Of a stretch of DNA of 64,000 nucleotides, positions 60,564 to 64,000 are shown one piece after another. The stretch comes from an uncultured delta proteobacterium. GTDB lineage: Bacteria; Myxococcota_A; Polyangia; Fen-1088. The position numbers and the translations under genes are program-made. Position 1 is the stretch's first letter, and each line of letters opens with the position of its first letter. The notes under the pieces were generated by a model that saw only the letters and a program-made list of their open reading frames with translations, did not search any database and was not told the DNA's origin. The DNA lies in NCBI GenBank assembly GCA_963796685.1, contig CAWCMR010000025.1:960001-1024000 (forward strand), given 5' to 3'.

Positions 60564-63032
60564 TCAGGCCTTTCGGCCCGAGCGACGGCGCCGCGTTTGG
60601 GTCATCCAAATACTCGCGAGCACCACCCCCCCAAGGCCGAACAGCACCAGCCCCTGGTAGAAGCTGGACGGTTGATAGGTGAATTTCAGGATCCACGAGC
60701 CCTCGGGAACCACGACCCCGCGCAGGGCATGGTCGGCGCGCAGGATGGGCACGGGCTCGCCGTTCAGGCGGGCGCGCCAGCCCTTGTTCCACCCGTCCGT
60801 GAGCACGACCAACCCCGGCGTTTCCATGGCCAGCGAAAGCGTGACGTCCGAGGGCGTCTCCGCGATGACGGTTGCCCGCCCGCGCGCGTCCTCGGGCAGG
60901 GCCACGGGCGTCTCGACATAGGCCACCGCGCGCGGGTCGAAGTCGGGCGACCCCAGTTTTTCCAGCCGCTCCTTGGCGTCGGGGACACTCTCGACGTGGC
61001 GAGGAACGAAAGCGCGCGGAAGTGCCGACGGATTTCTCAAGGCCCAGTAGTCGGGCGCGACCAGGGGCGGCTTGAAGGCCCCTTGCACGGCGCCGCGGAT
61101 GATCTGGTACTCCACACCGAGCAGGTCGAGGATGGGGGAGAGCTTCACGGTCGAGAGCGTGGGATAGCTGACCTTCGGCTTCAGCCATTCGGTCCGGCCG
61201 TAGACGAAATCGTTCTCCTTGGGCTCGCCAGCGAGCAACAGAAGCTGCACGTAGCGCATCGGATCGACCCCGTCGTAGCCGCGGACGTCGCGCAGCCCGG
61301 CCACTTGCGCGAGGGTCGCGGGTAGGCACTGGAACGCGATGATCCGCCCGGTCGAGGTCTTGGCGATCTTTTCCAGGAGCGGAACCGGGGGGTAGTAGAA
61401 AGCCGGGTCGCCCTGGGCGCTGCGGTCGTGCGCGAACCACAGCATGTCGATGAACATGACCGTGCCCACGAACACGGTCGCCCACGAGCGCCAGGTACGA
61501 AGCCGCGCCAGCAGCAGCCAGCTCGCGCACGCCGCCAGGCCGAGCAGACCACCCACGACATAGAGGTGCGCAAACGTCGACTGAACCCGGCCCACGCCAG
61601 AAGCTTCGTGGATCCAGCGCGCGGCCTTGCCCTCCGTGAACAGGGTCACGATTTCCGTGGCGATGGGCTCGGGCAGATGGCCGGCGCGGTAGAACCACCA
61701 CATCGAAAGGGCCCCCACGAGCGCGGCGGGCACGTAGAACCAGCCACGGCGGCCGCCATCGTCGGGCTCGGCGAGCGAGTCCAATCCCGCGGCGGCCATG
61801 GCCAGGATGGCGAAGGAAGCGGCGAACACCATCCGGTTGTGCGACAGCAGGTTGAGGCCCGGCAGCCTGAGGATCATCACGATGCCCCCGATGTCGAGGC
61901 ACCACGCGAGCGCGACGAAGGTGAGGCTCGTGGCGAACACGGCAAAAGACCGGTAGCGACGGTTGCGCCAAGCCAGAGGCGCCAGGAAAAGCGTCGCGAG
62001 GAGGCCGGCGTAGGCGGCGGACATGCTCTCGATCTCGTAGGGGCCGGGCAAGGGATAGCTGTCCTTGCGCGTACCCCCGTTGGCATCCGGCAACACGAGC
62101 AGCGGCAGGGCCGAAAAATCTCCCGGCACGCGCTCTTCGAACCCGGCGGCGCGCTCCGCGGTTCGCGCGCCGGTCCTCGCATACTCGGCGACGGGCAGCA
62201 CGTAGGGAGCGGCCAGTGAAAAGCCGAGCAACCAGCCTGCGATGACGAGCAGCCCCGCCTTGCGCGCCGGCCGGGTCAAGCACTGCTTGCCGTAGGTCTC
62301 GTAGGCCCGCCACAGCCCATAGAGCCCGCAGACCATGAGCACTTGCGCGGCGATGTCGAGCTGCCGGCTGCACAGCACCGCGCACGTCGCCAAGGCGAGC
62401 CCGGCCATTCCCCGCCAGCCGGGCTTACGAACCACCCCATCGACCGCGAGCACGAGCCAAGGCAGATAGTAGACTGGGGCGCTGGTGGGGAAGCCCAGCC
62501 AGAAGACGAAGAACCCCGTCATGGGATAGCTCCACGCCGTGATGACCGCGGGCCAGAATCGCACCCCGAGGGCCCGGCGACAGAACAAGTAGAAACCGAG
62601 GCCCGCGATGAGCGCGGCCACGAGCTGGTGCCAGGCCAGAACCACCGGCGAAGGGATCGCGGCCAGCAGGATCGACAGGGGCGACAACCACGGCCATTGC
62701 AGCACCGGCTTGCCCGCGTACTGGCCGGGAACCCACAATGGCCACCGGCCGGCCCGAAGCTCCGAAGCCACGAACATGCGCTCGGGCTCGATGACATACG
62801 CCAGATCGGACTGGATGGCGTCGTGGGGAATCAGGTTCACCGTCTCGGGCGTCACCGGGATGTAGACGTCGGACTGGGCGAGCAGGTCTATGGGCAGCAG
62901 GATCTTCGTCCCGATCAGGGACGGCCCGTAGAGGATGACCTGCGACGCGAGGATCCCCGCCAGCAAGATCGCCATTCGCGTGCTCTTCGAGGTTTCGATT
63001 CTGTCGCGGATGGCGTCAGCGGCTGTCGACAA
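60564..63032 (-). CDS. YfhO-family (GT-C fold) membrane protein
   Basis: GRWPLWVP..YAGKP; many TM segments; DVRGYDG; ALPRAF; GLVVLTD.W..GWRA..NG; TTG start with AGGAG SD chosen. Confidence 0.85.
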   Translation of the reverse strand: MSTAADAIRDRIETSKSTRMAILLAGILASQVILYGPSLIGTKILLPIDLLAQSDVYIPVTPETVNLIPHDAIQSDLAYVIEPERMFVASELRAGRWPLWVPGQYAGKPVLQWPWLSPLSILLAAIPSPVVLAWHQLVAALIAGLGFYLFCRRALGVRFWPAVITAWSYPMTGFFVFWLGFPTSAPVYYLPWLVLAVDGVVRKPGWRGMAGLALATCAVLCSRQLDIAAQVLMVCGLYGLWRAYETYGKQCLTRPARKAGLLVIAGWLLGFSLAAPYVLPVAEYARTGARTAERAAGFEERVPGDFSALPLLVLPDANGGTRKDSYPLPGPYEIESMSAAYAGLLATLFLAPLAWRNRRYRSFAVFATSLTFVALAWCLDIGGIVMILRLPGLNLLSHNRMVFAASFAILAMAAAGLDSLAEPDDGGRRGWFYVPAALVGALSMWWFYRAGHLPEPIATEIVTLFTEGKAARWIHEASGVGRVQSTFAHLYVVGGLLGLAACASWLLLARLRTWRSWATVFVGTVMFIDMLWFAHDRSAQGDPAFYYPPVPLLEKIAKTSTGRIIAFQCLPATLAQVAGLRDVRGYDGVDPMRYVQLLLLAGEPKENDFVYGRTEWLKPKVSYPTLSTVKLSPILDLLGVEYQIIRGAVQGAFKPPLVAPDYWALRNPSALPRAFVPRHVESVPDAKERLEKLGSPDFDPRAVAYVETPVALPEDARGRATVIAETPSDVTLSLAMETPGLVVLTDGWNKGWRARLNGEPVPILRADHALRGVVVPEGSWILKFTYQPSSFYQGLVLFGLGGVVLASIWMTQTRRRRSGRKA

Positions 63033-63092
63033 CGGGGCGTCTCCTGTTCGAGCCGGGTATCGTATCACCATCGCCCCGCGGCGTCCCGAACA

Positions 63093-63324
63093 CCCCCTCG
63101 CCCCGCGCAGCGAAGCGGGAAGAGGGTTGGGGTGAGGGGCAGCCCTTTCAAGGTGTTCGCTGGGGCCCAGATCCTCGCCTCTCCCCGACGGTCCCCGACG
63201 GGGAGAGGCCGACGACGTCTGCGTCGGCGGGTGAGGGGGCACTCGCGAAAGGGCGACTTCTTCTGCCCCTCACCCGCCGCGCTTCGCGCGGCGCCCTCTC
63301 CCCGCGTGACCGCGGGGCGAGGGG
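63093..63324. repeat. Three palindromic REP-like elements (CCCCTCACCC...CTCTCCCC...GGGGAGAGG family)
   Basis: Copies at about 63093-63139, 63173-63240 and an inverted one at 63266-63324; each can form GC-rich hairpins. Confidence 0.75.
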
Positions 63325-63486
63325 ATGTGGCCGCTGCGCGACCTCGGAGCTCCCCCGCGTGCCGCTCGCAGGCCGGGCACACGGCTGGCGGCTCGCGCGA
63401 GCCACCCACGCCAACCACGACACGTGCTCCCGCACGACCGTCGCTGCGGCTTGCCCAACTCTTCCATGATAGAGTCCGCCCCCGAA

Positions 63487-64000
63487 ATGACCGCTGCCTC
63501 GCCGAGAGAGAAGACCTTCTGGACCCCTCAGAACATCGTTCTGGTTCTCCTGCCGGTGCTGTCGCTCACCCTGCTCCTCGGTAACGGCAAGTACGTCGAG
63601 CCGATGTTCATTCACGCGACGTATTACCTGATGCTGCTCTTGGTGGCTTCCTGGGCGACGGTCTACCTGCTCTCGGCGCGTAACCTGACCAAGGCCACGG
63701 CCTGGGAATGGGTGAAGGAGAACCGGGCCGGCATCCTCACCGCGGCGGTGGTCACCGTCATCACCGCGCTCGCGGTGCACCCGGCCTTGCGCATCCTCGC
63801 CGACGAAACCAACCTGCTCGGGACCTCGAAGAACTTCTTCCATCAGAAGACGGCGACCTTCACCGTGTCGGGCAAGTACTACTACGACGCCTTCTGGGAC
63901 GCCGGCGTGGTCATCGACCGCCGTCCCTCGCTCTTCCCCTTCCTGGTCAGCCTGATCCACGTCGTGCGCGGCTACAGCTACACCAACGTCTTCCTTTTCA
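63487..64000 (+). CDS. GT-C (ArnT/PMT-like) membrane glycosyltransferase, 3' partial (not in the ORF track)
   Basis: My translation: MTAASPREKTFW..., about 3 TM segments, then RILADETNLLGTS and IDRRPSLFPFLVSL; open to the window end. Confidence 0.7.
   Translation, partial: MTAASPREKTFWTPQNIVLVLLPVLSLTLLLGNGKYVEPMFIHATYYLMLLLVASWATVYLLSARNLTKATAWEWVKENRAGILTAAVVTVITALAVHPALRILADETNLLGTSKNFFHQKTATFTVSGKYYYDAFWDAGVVIDRRPSLFPFLVSLIHVVRGYSYTNVFLF

Noticed and set aside
63033-63242. N-terminal extension of the 892-aa YfhO ORF
   Set aside because: It is translated palindromic repeat; a TTG with an AGGAG SD at 63032 is a better start

Overview
High-GC accessory region, most likely from a Myxococcota (Polyangia-like) genome. 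This is inferred from MYXO-CTERM-type tails, DUF4215 cysteine-rich repeats and many Gly-rich-linker lipoproteins. No rRNA, tRNA, CRISPR array or intact transposase/integrase was recognised. Layout: (1) 1.6-10.6 kb is a mosaic of gene fragments (GHL15-like, ileS, PD-(D/E)XK, nhaR, terB-like, DUF1554, MBL) around a hipBST-like toxin-antitoxin operon with three operators spaced exactly 40 bp apart, plus a secreted leader ORF ending in RGPP. (2) 12-25.4 kb is an orphan effector/immunity-like island with peptidoglycan-binding scaffolds sharing transthyretin-like modules, a pentapeptide protein, an 879-aa metallophosphoesterase followed by two duplicated secreted genes, an L,D-transpeptidase-like protein and a phospholipase D; no T6SS structural genes were seen. 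(3) 25-54 kb holds surface lipoproteins and CAZymes (GH18, GH16, GH43-CBM6, GH3, malectin), vapBC, an MMPL transporter, a DPWQ-repeat protein, an orphan CheR and an ECF sigma cluster. (4) 54-64 kb holds a ~2020-aa PilY1-like adhesin with nested, count-matched Thr-rich repeat blocks, next to two GT-C glycosyltransferase-like genes and palindromic repeats. The eight simple frameshifts I resolved are all +1, which suggests sequencing insertion errors. All calls come from motif recognition by eye; no searches were run.
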